A stretch of 64,000 nt of DNA from Patescibacteria group bacterium (GTDB lineage: Bacteria > Pseudomonadota > Alphaproteobacteria > Paracaedibacterales > CAIULA01): NCBI GenBank assembly GCA_044359765.1, contig JBIKLN010000004.1, positions 5,423 through 69,422 of the forward strand, given 5' to 3'. The position numbers and the translations under genes are program-made. Shown piece after piece: positions 1 through 9,238 of this stretch (position 1 is its first letter; each line of letters opens with the position of its first letter). The notes under the pieces are model-generated. The model was not told the DNA's origin. It worked only from the letters and a program-made list of their open reading frames with translations, and did no database searches.

Positions 1-48
1 TAAGGTTACCCTAAACATAGGGTAACCTTATAAAAAAAAACAAGGCTA

Positions 49-762
49 TTAACGGCGTTCACCAAACAAATTTAGCAACGAAATAAATAGGTTGATGAAA
101 TCCAAATACAGGTTCAAGGCGCCAATAATAGCCTTTTTACCTGCTGTGTCTGTGGAATCTCCCTCCAAATAAGCTTCTTTAATTTGTTGCGCATCATAAG
201 CTGTAAGGCCTGTGAATATAAGAACACCCAAGCTTGATAGAACCATCTGCATGGCGGAACTTTTTAGAAAAATATTCACAATACTTGCAACCACAAGGCC
301 TAAAACCCCCATCATCAGGAAGGAACCAAACTGACTTAAGTCACGGTTGGTTGTATAGCCATACAAAGCCATAGAACCAAAGACGGACGCTGTTATGAAG
401 AATAGACGTGCAATGCTTTCGCCAGTAAACACCATAAAGATAGAAGACAGGGAAAGCCCCATAAGAGCAGCGTAAACCCAAAACAACACCTGCGCCGTTT
501 CTAGTTTCAATGAATTAATGCGGGCGCTAATAAAGAAAACCATGGCAAGGGGGGCAAAGATCACAACCCATTTCAAGGGTGACATGAAAATTGTGGCCAT
601 TAACTGGGGCGATGATGCAGCAAAGAAGGCAACCAGACCCGTAAGCCCAAGCCCCATAGCCATAAGGGCAAAAACGCGCACCATGTGGGACCGCAAGCCT
701 TGGTCAATATCGAGGGTTGACCCCGCAGAACGCCAAGCGTGTTTGTTAGAATTGTCAGACAT
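49..762 (-). CDS. Bax inhibitor-1/YccA family inner-membrane protein
   Basis: 237-aa ORF with about seven hydrophobic helices. It ends in a typical BI-1/YccA C-terminal segment (KKAIIGALNLYLDFINLFISLL). Confidence 0.85.
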   Translation of the reverse strand: MSDNSNKHAWRSAGSTLDIDQGLRSHMVRVFALMAMGLGLTGLVAFFAASSPQLMATIFMSPLKWVVIFAPLAMVFFISARINSLKLETAQVLFWVYAALMGLSLSSIFMVFTGESIARLFFITASVFGSMALYGYTTNRDLSQFGSFLMMGVLGLVVASIVNIFLKSSAMQMVLSSLGVLIFTGLTAYDAQQIKEAYLEGDSTDTAGKKAIIGALNLYLDFINLFISLLNLFGERR

Positions 763-929
763 AATAAACCTCCATTAGTCATGCTTTTGCATATCATAGC
801 ACATTTTTTTTATTTTTTCCATGCGAAGTTTAATCTGAAATTTCTATAACAAAAAAAAATATGTTGAAAGTTTTTTTATTAACATACATATACATTTATT
901 AGATCAAAAAAACTTAGGTAATTAAATTT

Positions 930-1578
930 ATGAATAAAATTTTAAAAACATTTATGGCCCAAATTCTTTTAACCAGTTGCGCAATTACCTGTGATGTGAG
1001 TCATGCGTATGCAGCTGAAGCTGATGCGAAAATGAGTCGTAGAGAGTTCTTCTAAAGAATCTCGTAAATCTCAAATAGGGAAAAACTTACTCTATGGATT
1101 TAAGCGAATTCTAGGGCCTGAACAAAATAAACCCATCTTTGAAAAATTGGCACGTGCGCTGTGTCTTCAAATTAATAATCCTAAAATCGATTCAGGAAGC
1201 CTTAAAAGCTATATAAATAATCCTTCGCCTCTTGATGAGCCTATTGATGTTCTAGTGGCGGGAGCTGGCGCAGGTGCAGGATCTGGTTCTGGTAGTTCTG
1301 CGGGCGCAGGTGATCCATCTGCATCAGATAGAGTTAAGGATCTTAAGGTTATTGGGCCTTTCTTGGACTCTATAATATTTCCAGCATCACCTTCAACTGA
1401 AGACATGATAAGAATCGTAATCGAATCTGTTTGCCTTTTAGGTATGAAAGGCTCTGTAAACCTTCATCTACCTACAGTCATCTTAGAGTTTGTTAGAACG
1501 GCATATGTGACACAAAGAGATGCTACTCGATCTCTTAAATCTCTTGCAGACATACTAAAAATCCGCATACCAGGATAA
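930..1578 (+). pseudogene. Possible frameshifted secreted Gly/Ala/Ser-rich protein
   Basis: A short ATG ORF at 930-1055 encodes a signal-peptide-like start (MNKILKTFMAQILLTSCAITCDVSHAYA) and stops at 1053-1055. A second frame is open from 1036 to 1578 but has no ATG before the TTG at 1147. One frameshift between 1036 and 1055 would join the two. Confidence 0.3.
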
Positions 1579-1827
1579 TACACAGGCGTTCCAGGCCATA
1601 TTATTGTACTGCAGGCGGGGGCCGGTTATTTATGGCCCCCTCCCTATGTAGGTCTGGCATCAGATTATGCGTTCTTAATACGCAAACCTGAAAAATTCCC
1701 AAAAAAAATATTTTCCGAAACTGACGCTATTCTTGCCTCACAAAAACCCAGCGGGAACTTCTGACAATCACATCAGGCTATCGACAAGGGGAGGATTAAT
1801 AGCTAATTTAAATATAATTCTAAGTAA

Positions 1828-2814
1828 GTGAGGATGCGCATGACCAACCCCGAAAAAAGGCCCCAAACTGAAACCCACACGGTTCATAACCACAAACACC
1901 TAAAGGAAATGGTGCTTGTCAGCCTTGGCATGTCAACGGCCATAACGGGTTTGTGTTTTCTTGCTTTTTTTCAGGTGGCCCCTAAGTTTGAACGGGATCT
2001 TTTTCCATCCAGCCAAATTATTGAAGGGCTTAGAAAAGAAAGTGGTTTGTTAACCCAAAAAATAGAAGGCTTAGGAAATAAGGTGGTGGAACTTGAAAAG
2101 GTAGCCCAAACTATTTCTAGCGTGCAGGGGCAGGTCAACAGTATGCAGGAAACCCTGGGGCAATTGGTAAAAACCATAGCTACCCTTGAAGAAAAATTAG
2201 CTAACCAAACACCTTCGGTTTCTGGCCAGCCTGTTGCGCACAAATCTAATGCGCCACTTCTTAAGGAAAAATGGCTGGCTATGCAAAGTCTTTATGACAA
2301 AGGGGATGTTTTTTCCCACATTCTTCATGACCTTATACCCTTCGTTAGCGAAGATAAGGGGGTTTTGGAAAGTTTGCACCAACTGACCGTACACGCTAAC
2401 GGACCTGTGAAACCCCTTTCCACACTGGTGCAAGAATTACAAGCTGTTCGACATGCGGTTGAACAGGGAGGTGCCCAATCTTCCCAAGTTGAAGCAGGGC
2501 ATAACATGGGGTGGTGGCCATTTATCGTTTCAAAAATTAAGGGTGTGATTCGCATAACAAAAGAAGAAGAGCTGTCATCTTTAGAAAAAAATAAAGACGC
2601 ACAAAAATCTTTTTTAAATCTTTTGGACAAAACCGTAAAGGACCTTCAGGCTCTTCAGCTTCAAACTGCCTTGGCGCACATAAAACCTTTGGCCCATGAA
2701 CACCCAGCCCTGTTGGGGAATTGGGTTCTTGAGGCAGAAAAACGTCACGCCTTAGACAATGCTTTCACAGCTTTCAAAATAAAATTTGAAAGTTTCTTAG
2801 TGAGAGTTTCGTAA
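1828..2814 (+). CDS. Mic60/mitofilin-like (COG4223, HemX-position) membrane protein
   Basis: The ORF has an N-terminal TM helix (LVSLGMSTAITGLCFLAFFQVA) and a long coiled-coil-like segment (LLTQKIEGLGNKVVELEKVAQTISSVQGQVNSMQETLGQLVKTIATLEEKL). Its stop lies 1 nt before the hemY-like gene, which is the conserved alphaproteobacterial neighbourhood for Mic60. Confidence 0.45.
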   Translation: MRMRMTNPEKRPQTETHTVHNHKHLKEMVLVSLGMSTAITGLCFLAFFQVAPKFERDLFPSSQIIEGLRKESGLLTQKIEGLGNKVVELEKVAQTISSVQGQVNSMQETLGQLVKTIATLEEKLANQTPSVSGQPVAHKSNAPLLKEKWLAMQSLYDKGDVFSHILHDLIPFVSEDKGVLESLHQLTVHANGPVKPLSTLVQELQAVRHAVEQGGAQSSQVEAGHNMGWWPFIVSKIKGVIRITKEEELSSLEKNKDAQKSFLNLLDKTVKDLQALQLQTALAHIKPLAHEHPALLGNWVLEAEKRHALDNAFTAFKIKFESFLVRVS

Positions 2815-2815
2815 A

Positions 2816-4129
2816 ATGCGTTGGCTCAAAGGCACTATTTTTTTCACCAAACTTGCCCTTGTTTGTGGCGCTATTTTTGTTAGCACACGGTACCCAGGTG
2901 ATGTGACTGTCCATTGGTTTGGATATCGTATAGACACGGCCATCCCTTTGTTTTTAAGCATCATTTTTCTCTTTATCGCCTTAATTATCTTTTTGCATAC
3001 TTTTTGGCGACGATTGTGGAATATTCCCAAACACTACTTTGATTTCATTCAAAAGCGCCGCCAACAAAAAGGGGAAGCCCTTCTTATTGAAAGCCTTACA
3101 GCCATCGCAGCACAACAGCCTGAGGAAGCTCAAAACTCCATAGAGCTTGCAAAAGTATTGCTGCCCAATCATCCCTTGACTGTATTTGTGGCGGCTCAGT
3201 CAGCCCATATGTTAAAAGACTCTGCAAAAGCCACAGACTATTTTACCCGCATGTCTCATGATTCGGCTTTGAAGTTTTTAGGCTTAAGGGGCCTTATTTT
3301 GCAAGCCAAAGAACAACATGAATGGCTGCAGGTTGAACGTCTTTTAAAGCAGGCCCTGTCTCTTCGACCTGATTCGCCCTGGGTTCAAAACGAAGTATTG
3401 CGGAACCAAATTGAATTAACTAAAAATGGTCAGGATAGCGTCATCAATACGCAGAATGTGCACCGTTATCTACCAAAAAGTGATTGGAAAAAACACCAAG
3501 CAAGTATTTTTTGGCTAAAGGCCGAACGCCATAAACATGACCCCAAGATTTACAAGGAATTATGCCTAAAAGCTCACGACCATGACGTGGCCAACACGGC
3601 CTATTCTGTTTCTTTGGCAGAAATTTACTTTAGGGAAAAAAATCCGTCTCGTGCACAAAATGTTTTGGAAGATACTTACGAAGTTGCCCCTCATCGCTTG
3701 TTAATGGATACGTGGATTCAGTTCCACAATGAAATGACCACCATTGAACAGTACAAAGCCTTAGAGCGGCTGACAAAAAGCCAAAGCCGTCATCCTGAAA
3801 CTATTTGGATTCTTGCAAAAGCAGCCCTTCGGGCAGAACTATGGGGACAATGCCGCAGCTTTTTAAATCAACTGTTGGTATATGGTGACAGCGCGTCTGT
3901 TTGTACATTGATGGCCCAACTGGAAGAAGCCGAATACCCCGAAAACACCCAACTAGCGCGCCAATGGTGGCAACGGGCAGCAGAAAGCACACAAGACGAA
4001 CGTTGGGTATGCAAAACCTGTCATGGTCCGTCAAAAAATTGGCAAACTACCTGTGGTCACTGCTTTTCTATTCACACTATTGAATGGCATACCTTTGGGA
4101 ACCAAATGCTTCAACTCTCAGCGTCTTAA
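2816..4129 (+). CDS. hemY: HemY-like (HemY_N/TPR) membrane protein with C-terminal zinc ribbon
   Basis: Two N-terminal TM helices are followed by TPR-like helical repeats. The C terminus carries a CxxC...CxxC motif (CKTCHGPSKNWQTTCGHC). Confidence 0.7.
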   Translation: MRWLKGTIFFTKLALVCGAIFVSTRYPGDVTVHWFGYRIDTAIPLFLSIIFLFIALIIFLHTFWRRLWNIPKHYFDFIQKRRQQKGEALLIESLTAIAAQQPEEAQNSIELAKVLLPNHPLTVFVAAQSAHMLKDSAKATDYFTRMSHDSALKFLGLRGLILQAKEQHEWLQVERLLKQALSLRPDSPWVQNEVLRNQIELTKNGQDSVINTQNVHRYLPKSDWKKHQASIFWLKAERHKHDPKIYKELCLKAHDHDVANTAYSVSLAEIYFREKNPSRAQNVLEDTYEVAPHRLLMDTWIQFHNEMTTIEQYKALERLTKSQSRHPETIWILAKAALRAELWGQCRSFLNQLLVYGDSASVCTLMAQLEEAEYPENTQLARQWWQRAAESTQDERWVCKTCHGPSKNWQTTCGHCFSIHTIEWHTFGNQMLQLSAS

Positions 4130-4207
4130 AGGCTTGATTTTATGGTATTTTGTGTTATTTCTTAAATTACGAAGAATTTGGCTTAAAAGAAGATGGTAAA
4201 AAAATAA

Positions 4208-5200
4208 ATGTACCAAAATATGTGTGTTAATACAAATTCCTTTGTGCCTGTTATTGGAGGCCCTTCACTCCAAAAAGACTACATGTCATCATATAAGTTC
4301 ATAGACTTGTTCGCTGGAATTGGTGGGTTTCATTTAGCTTTTCATAACTTAGGAGCTCATTGCGTTTTTGCTTCAGAAATCGACACATATGCCAGGAAAA
4401 CTTACACTGAAAATTTTTTTGGAAAATCTCCGTATATTTTTAAAAATGGCCTCTTTAATGATGATATTACAAAAATTGATGCTCCAGAAAGTATGATACC
4501 TGATTTTGATATTTTGTGTGCAGGCTTTCCTTGTCAACCATTTAGTCAAGCTGGTTTTAAGCGTGGTTTCCAAGATCAAAAAGATAAACGAGGCAATATG
4601 TTTTTCTTTGTGTCTCGTATTATTGCTGAAAAAAAGCCAAAAGCCATTTTTCTTGAAAATGTTAGTCATTTACTGAATCATGATGGAGGGAAAACATTTG
4701 CACACATTTATGACATTTTGAATAGGCAGTTAGGATATAGTCTGTGTTGGAAAATAATAAAAGCCTCTGATTATGGCTTGCCGCAACACCGCCCACGAAT
4801 TTTTATTGTTGGGTTCCAAAAAGAATATGTGGCACAGAAGAGTTTTACTTTTCCTGAAAAAACAGCTCTAAAACTAACTATGTCAGATGTTTGGAATGGA
4901 GAATGTGACCGTCATATTGGCTATACTGTGCGTGTAGGAGGTCGGGGGTCTGGACTCCGCGATCGCAGAAATTGGGATACATACTTAGTTAATGGCAAAG
5001 AAAGAAGACTTTCATCAACTGAGGGTAAAAAGATGATGGGATTTCCTGATGATTTCATATTCCCAGTGTCAGAAACACAGGCTATGAAACAGCTTGGAAA
5101 TAGTGTTGCTGTTTGGGCCGTTCAAAAAGTTGCAGAGGAAATTATAAGAACCTTGCACTTCTCAGAACAAACTTATGATGGATTTCTTTCTTATGAATAA
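4208..5200 (+). CDS. DNA (cytosine-5)-methyltransferase, type II R-M (HpaII/CCGG-like by recollection)
   Basis: C5-methyltransferase motifs are present: I FIDLFAGIGGF, IV GFPCQPFSQAG, VI IFLENV, VIII PQHRPRIFIVG, X QLGNSVAV. An alternative start at ATG 4283 (MSSYKFIDLFAG) is plausible. Confidence 0.9.
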   Translation: MYQNMCVNTNSFVPVIGGPSLQKDYMSSYKFIDLFAGIGGFHLAFHNLGAHCVFASEIDTYARKTYTENFFGKSPYIFKNGLFNDDITKIDAPESMIPDFDILCAGFPCQPFSQAGFKRGFQDQKDKRGNMFFFVSRIIAEKKPKAIFLENVSHLLNHDGGKTFAHIYDILNRQLGYSLCWKIIKASDYGLPQHRPRIFIVGFQKEYVAQKSFTFPEKTALKLTMSDVWNGECDRHIGYTVRVGGRGSGLRDRRNWDTYLVNGKERRLSSTEGKKMMGFPDDFIFPVSETQAMKQLGNSVAVWAVQKVAEEIIRTLHFSEQTYDGFLSYE

Positions 5201-6278
5201 AGGTGAGTGGAGTGAACTATATGCATTCCTAAAAATTCTGGGGGATGGGAAAATCGATGCAGCGGATATGAATCTGGATCCTATTCAGAATTTACACTAC
5301 GAGGCGAAAAGTATTACAAGAAGATCTCAATTAGATGGCAATTTTCTGGTCTATAAAATTGATAAAAAATCTGGCAATAGTGTTATCAGATTATCTATTT
5401 CAGCAAATACAGAAAAGGAGTTTTCCCAAGATTTTTTTTTAGATGCAGCAGAAAAATTGCTAACAAGTATAAAAGGCTCTCTTAACGAAGTAGTCAATCT
5501 GAACTTTCTAAAAGAAATTGGCCAGCCAGTGATTAAAGAAAAATCAGGATCAAAAAAAGACATAACAATTGTAATAAAAGACTTTTACTCAGGAAAGGAT
5601 GAATCTCTAGATTTTAGTATAAAATCTCGGCTAGGGGGGAATTCTACACTTTTTAATGCAAGTTCAAAAACAAATTACCTTTATAAGTTGCTTGGACTTA
5701 GTAACCTTACCAAAGAGAAAATGGAAATTGTAGGTTCTTTAAAAACAAAAGAACTTATAGCTTTTTTAAAACAAGTAGATGTTCATTTTGACTTTCTACG
5801 AGTGGAAGATACACAGTTTAGTAAAAATCTAAAACTGATTGATTCAAAGATGGATGAGATTCTAGCACATGCCCTACTTATTTATTTTTCATCTAATAAA
5901 AAATCTAACAAGAACTATTGTACATTGAAAGATATAGCAGATAAATTGGAGCAAAGCGATCCTTGCTGCTATGGTGTTTCTGCCGATCAGAAGTTTTACC
6001 ATTATAAAATCAAACAATTTCTAACTGCGTGTGCTCTTGGTTTAACGCCTGGAGCCCCATGGCAAGGATATTTTGATGTGAATGGTGGTTATATTATTGT
6101 AAAAGATGACGGTTCAATTGTTTGTTACCATATTTATAATTGGAATGATTTTCAGGAATACCTCATGAGAAATACCTATTTTGATACTCCAAGCACAACA
6201 CGTCACAAGTTTGGCACAGTATTTTCTGATGGAGATAACTACTTATTAAATCTAAATGCTCAAATTAGATTTAACTGA
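5193..6278 (+). CDS. Type II restriction endonuclease, HpaII-family-like
   Basis: The N-terminal MNKGEWSELYAFLKILGDGK resembles the HpaII-family N terminus as I recall it. ATG 5193 overlaps the methyltransferase stop (5198-5200) by 8 nt. The gene is AT-rich. Confidence 0.55.
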   Translation: MNKGEWSELYAFLKILGDGKIDAADMNLDPIQNLHYEAKSITRRSQLDGNFLVYKIDKKSGNSVIRLSISANTEKEFSQDFFLDAAEKLLTSIKGSLNEVVNLNFLKEIGQPVIKEKSGSKKDITIVIKDFYSGKDESLDFSIKSRLGGNSTLFNASSKTNYLYKLLGLSNLTKEKMEIVGSLKTKELIAFLKQVDVHFDFLRVEDTQFSKNLKLIDSKMDEILAHALLIYFSSNKKSNKNYCTLKDIADKLEQSDPCCYGVSADQKFYHYKIKQFLTACALGLTPGAPWQGYFDVNGGYIIVKDDGSIVCYHIYNWNDFQEYLMRNTYFDTPSTTRHKFGTVFSDGDNYLLNLNAQIRFN

Positions 6279-6300
6279 ACCAAGAGGGATAAATAGCTTT

Positions 6301-8190
6301 ATGACCCATTATTCCGATCTTTCAAATGCTGTTCGTTTCCTAAGTGTGCATATGGTGGAAAAGGCTCAATCGGGCCATCCAGGAATGCCCTTGGGCATGG
6401 CAGATGTGGCAACTATTTTATTCCACGACTTTTTAAATTTTAATCCAAAAGACCCTGCCTGGCTGGGGCGTGATCGCTTTATTCTATCAGCAGGTCATGG
6501 GTCTGCCCTGTTATACAGTCTGTTGTACTTAACAGGATATGAACAAACCACCTTAGAGGAGCTAAAAAATTTCCGTCAGCTTGGGGCCCGTACGGCAGGC
6601 CACCCAGAATATGGACACATGGACGGCATTGAAACCACCACAGGACCCCTGGGCCAAGGGCTGGCAACAGGTGTGGGGATTGCCTTAGGTCAAAACATGC
6701 AGGCAAGGAACAGACTTCCCAAAACCTATGTTTTGGTTAGTGATGGTGACCTGATGGAAGGTATTTCCCAAGAAGCCATATCTTTTGCAGGGCACATGAA
6801 CCTTAGAAACCTCATTGTTTTATATGATGATAACCATATTAGCATTGATGGCCATACGGATTTGAGTTTTTCTGATGAAACCCTTAACCGTTTTGAAGCT
6901 TGTCATTGGGCTGTACGATCCATTGATGGCCATAATTATGATGAAATTATAGATGCCCTTACTTGGGCCCAAACAACAGATAAGCCAACCCTTATTGCCT
7001 GCAAAACCACAATAGGTCGTGGAGCCCCCAACAAGGCGGGTAAATCCTCTAGCCATGGCAGCCCCTTAGGAAAAGAAGAAATAGAGGGTGTGGAGCGTTA
7101 CTATAATTGGCCCCATGCCCCCTTTCATGTGCCAGAAACTATTTTAAGTGCTTGGCGCAGTGCGTTCAAACGCTGCAAACCCTTGTATGAGGAAGTGTGG
7201 GAGCGCCCCTTTTCAAATAAGAGTGCAAAAGCCTTTGATGACCTATGGCAAACGTTCCAAAAAGAAGCGCCCACTTTGGCAACCCGTGTGGCGTCTCAAA
7301 AAGTGCTTGATGCCATTAGTCCCCACATACCAAATCTTATTGGGGGGTCAGCAGACCTGACGGGTTCCTGTAATACGAAAGCTCAACATCAAAACTCTAT
7401 TACGGCAGATAATTTTTCAGGAAATTATATTCATTACGGGGTGCGTGAACACGCCATGGGGGCCATCATGAATGGTTTGGCCCTGCAGGGGTTTGTTCCC
7501 TATGGTGGAACTTTTTTGGTGTTTTCTGACTATCTTCGTCCAGCTTTGCGCTTATCAGCCTTAATGAACCTTGGGGTTATTTATGTTCTGACCCATGATT
7601 CCATTGGATTGGGAGAAGACGGCCCCACCCATCAACCCATTGAACATCTGGCAAGTCTAAGGGCCATGCCGAATGTGCTTGTATTTCGCCCTGCTGACGC
7701 CCTTGAAACATTAGAATGCTGGCAGTTGGCCCTGGCCCATAACCAAACACCATCAGTTTTGGCCCTTACCCGTCAGTCGGTTCCTTTTCTTAATATGCCC
7801 CTTGGTTCCTGTGCTAAAGGAGCCTATGTATTGAAAGGGGTACCTGAAAAAGCAAGGGCAACTTTGTTGGCCACAGGCTCAGAAGTTTCGTTGGCCCTTA
7901 AAGCACACGAACACTTACAGAAACAAGGTATTGAAACGGTGGTCGTATCCATGCCATGCTTTGAACTGTTTGATGCCCAACCTGAAGACTATAAACAGAA
8001 GGTTTTAGGAACAGCGCCCCGCATTGCGGTTGAGGCAGCCTGTGATTTTGGGTGGCACAAGTATGTGGGGGAAAAAGGCGCCTTTGTCGGTATGAGAAGC
8101 TTTGGCGCATCAGGGCCTGCGGAAAAATTGTATGAAACTTTTGGCATTACGGTTGATGCCATTATAAAAACTGTTTTAGAAAGGATATAA
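6301..8190 (+). CDS. tkt: Transketolase
   Basis: Motifs present: SGHPGMPLGMAD, GDGDLMEG-like (SDGDLMEGIS) and THDSIGLGEDGPTHQP. ATG 6301 is the likely start; the ORF is open from 6256. Confidence 0.95.
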   Translation: MTHYSDLSNAVRFLSVHMVEKAQSGHPGMPLGMADVATILFHDFLNFNPKDPAWLGRDRFILSAGHGSALLYSLLYLTGYEQTTLEELKNFRQLGARTAGHPEYGHMDGIETTTGPLGQGLATGVGIALGQNMQARNRLPKTYVLVSDGDLMEGISQEAISFAGHMNLRNLIVLYDDNHISIDGHTDLSFSDETLNRFEACHWAVRSIDGHNYDEIIDALTWAQTTDKPTLIACKTTIGRGAPNKAGKSSSHGSPLGKEEIEGVERYYNWPHAPFHVPETILSAWRSAFKRCKPLYEEVWERPFSNKSAKAFDDLWQTFQKEAPTLATRVASQKVLDAISPHIPNLIGGSADLTGSCNTKAQHQNSITADNFSGNYIHYGVREHAMGAIMNGLALQGFVPYGGTFLVFSDYLRPALRLSALMNLGVIYVLTHDSIGLGEDGPTHQPIEHLASLRAMPNVLVFRPADALETLECWQLALAHNQTPSVLALTRQSVPFLNMPLGSCAKGAYVLKGVPEKARATLLATGSEVSLALKAHEHLQKQGIETVVVSMPCFELFDAQPEDYKQKVLGTAPRIAVEAACDFGWHKYVGEKGAFVGMRSFGASGPAEKLYETFGITVDAIIKTVLERI

Positions 8191-8191
8191 A

Positions 8192-9202
8192 ATGACCTAT
8201 CGTATCGCCATTAATGGATTTGGCCGCATTGGCCGCATGGTTTTGCGGGCTTTAACAGAATCGGGCCGGACAGATATTCAGGTGGTGGCTATTAATGACT
8301 TGGGGTCCATAAACAGTAATGTGCACCTATTTAAATACGATTCGGTTCATGGCCCTTACAAAGGCCATTTGACCTGCACAGACAAAACTATTGATTTAGG
8401 AGCGGGGCCTATTGAAATTTTGGCGGAAAAAGACCCCGAAAAACTACCCTGGGAAACTTTGAAAATTGATTTGGTTATGGAATGTTCAGGCCATTTTACC
8501 AAACGTGATGATGCTTCTAAACACCTAAAAGCAGGCGCGCGCCGCGTTTTAGTTTCAGCCCCTTCTGACGGTGCAGACTTAACGGTTGTGTATGGTGTAA
8601 ACCATACCAAAATAGCAAAAGATCATTTGGTTCTGTCCAACGCCTCATGTACCACTAACTGCTTGGCCCCTGTGGCTTCTGTGCTTCATGAAACAGTGGG
8701 TATTGAACATGGCTACATGACAACTATTCACGCGTATACAGGAGACCAACGGTTGGTAGACACCATTCACAGTGACCTACGCCGCGCACGGGCTGCTACC
8801 TTGTCTATGATTCCAAGCTCTACAGGGGCAGCCAAGGCTGTTGGTTTAGTTTTGCCAGAATTAAAAGGGAAACTAGACGGTACAGCCATTCGTGTTCCAA
8901 CACCCAACGTTTCTGTGGTTGACCTAAAATTTGTAGCCAAGCGCTCCACCACAAAAGAAGAAATTAACACAGCCATTGAAAAAGCCAGCCAAGGACCCTT
9001 AAGAGGAATTTTGGATGCTGTAAGTGCGCCCCTAGTTTCTTGCGATTTTAATCATGACCCTCACAGTTCTATTTTTGACCTGACCCAAACCCAGGTTATT
9101 GATGGAACTTTTTGTCGTGTCCTATCTTGGTATGATAATGAGTGGGGTTTTTCCAACCGCATGTGCGATGTGGCAAGTTATTTAAGCCAACAGGAGATGT
9201 AA
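8192..9202 (+). CDS. gap: Glyceraldehyde-3-phosphate dehydrogenase
   Basis: Motifs present: INGFGRIGR, active-site SNASCTTNCLAP and WYDNEWGFSNR. Confidence 0.95.
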   Translation: MTYRIAINGFGRIGRMVLRALTESGRTDIQVVAINDLGSINSNVHLFKYDSVHGPYKGHLTCTDKTIDLGAGPIEILAEKDPEKLPWETLKIDLVMECSGHFTKRDDASKHLKAGARRVLVSAPSDGADLTVVYGVNHTKIAKDHLVLSNASCTTNCLAPVASVLHETVGIEHGYMTTIHAYTGDQRLVDTIHSDLRRARAATLSMIPSSTGAAKAVGLVLPELKGKLDGTAIRVPTPNVSVVDLKFVAKRSTTKEEINTAIEKASQGPLRGILDAVSAPLVSCDFNHDPHSSIFDLTQTQVIDGTFCRVLSWYDNEWGFSNRMCDVASYLSQQEM

Positions 9203-9238
9203 AACTCATTTTCATGTATAAAAAATGGATAAATTCCC

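Noticed and set aside
1-40. Perfect 12-bp hairpin TAAGGTTACCCT-AAACAT-AGGGTAACCTTA followed by an A9 run, just beyond the yccA-like stop codon. I considered it as a possible rho-independent terminator.
   Set aside because: For the minus-strand gene the U-run precedes the stem rather than following it. On the plus strand the stem is followed by A residues. The sequence that would settle a bidirectional terminator lies outside the window, so it cannot be called.
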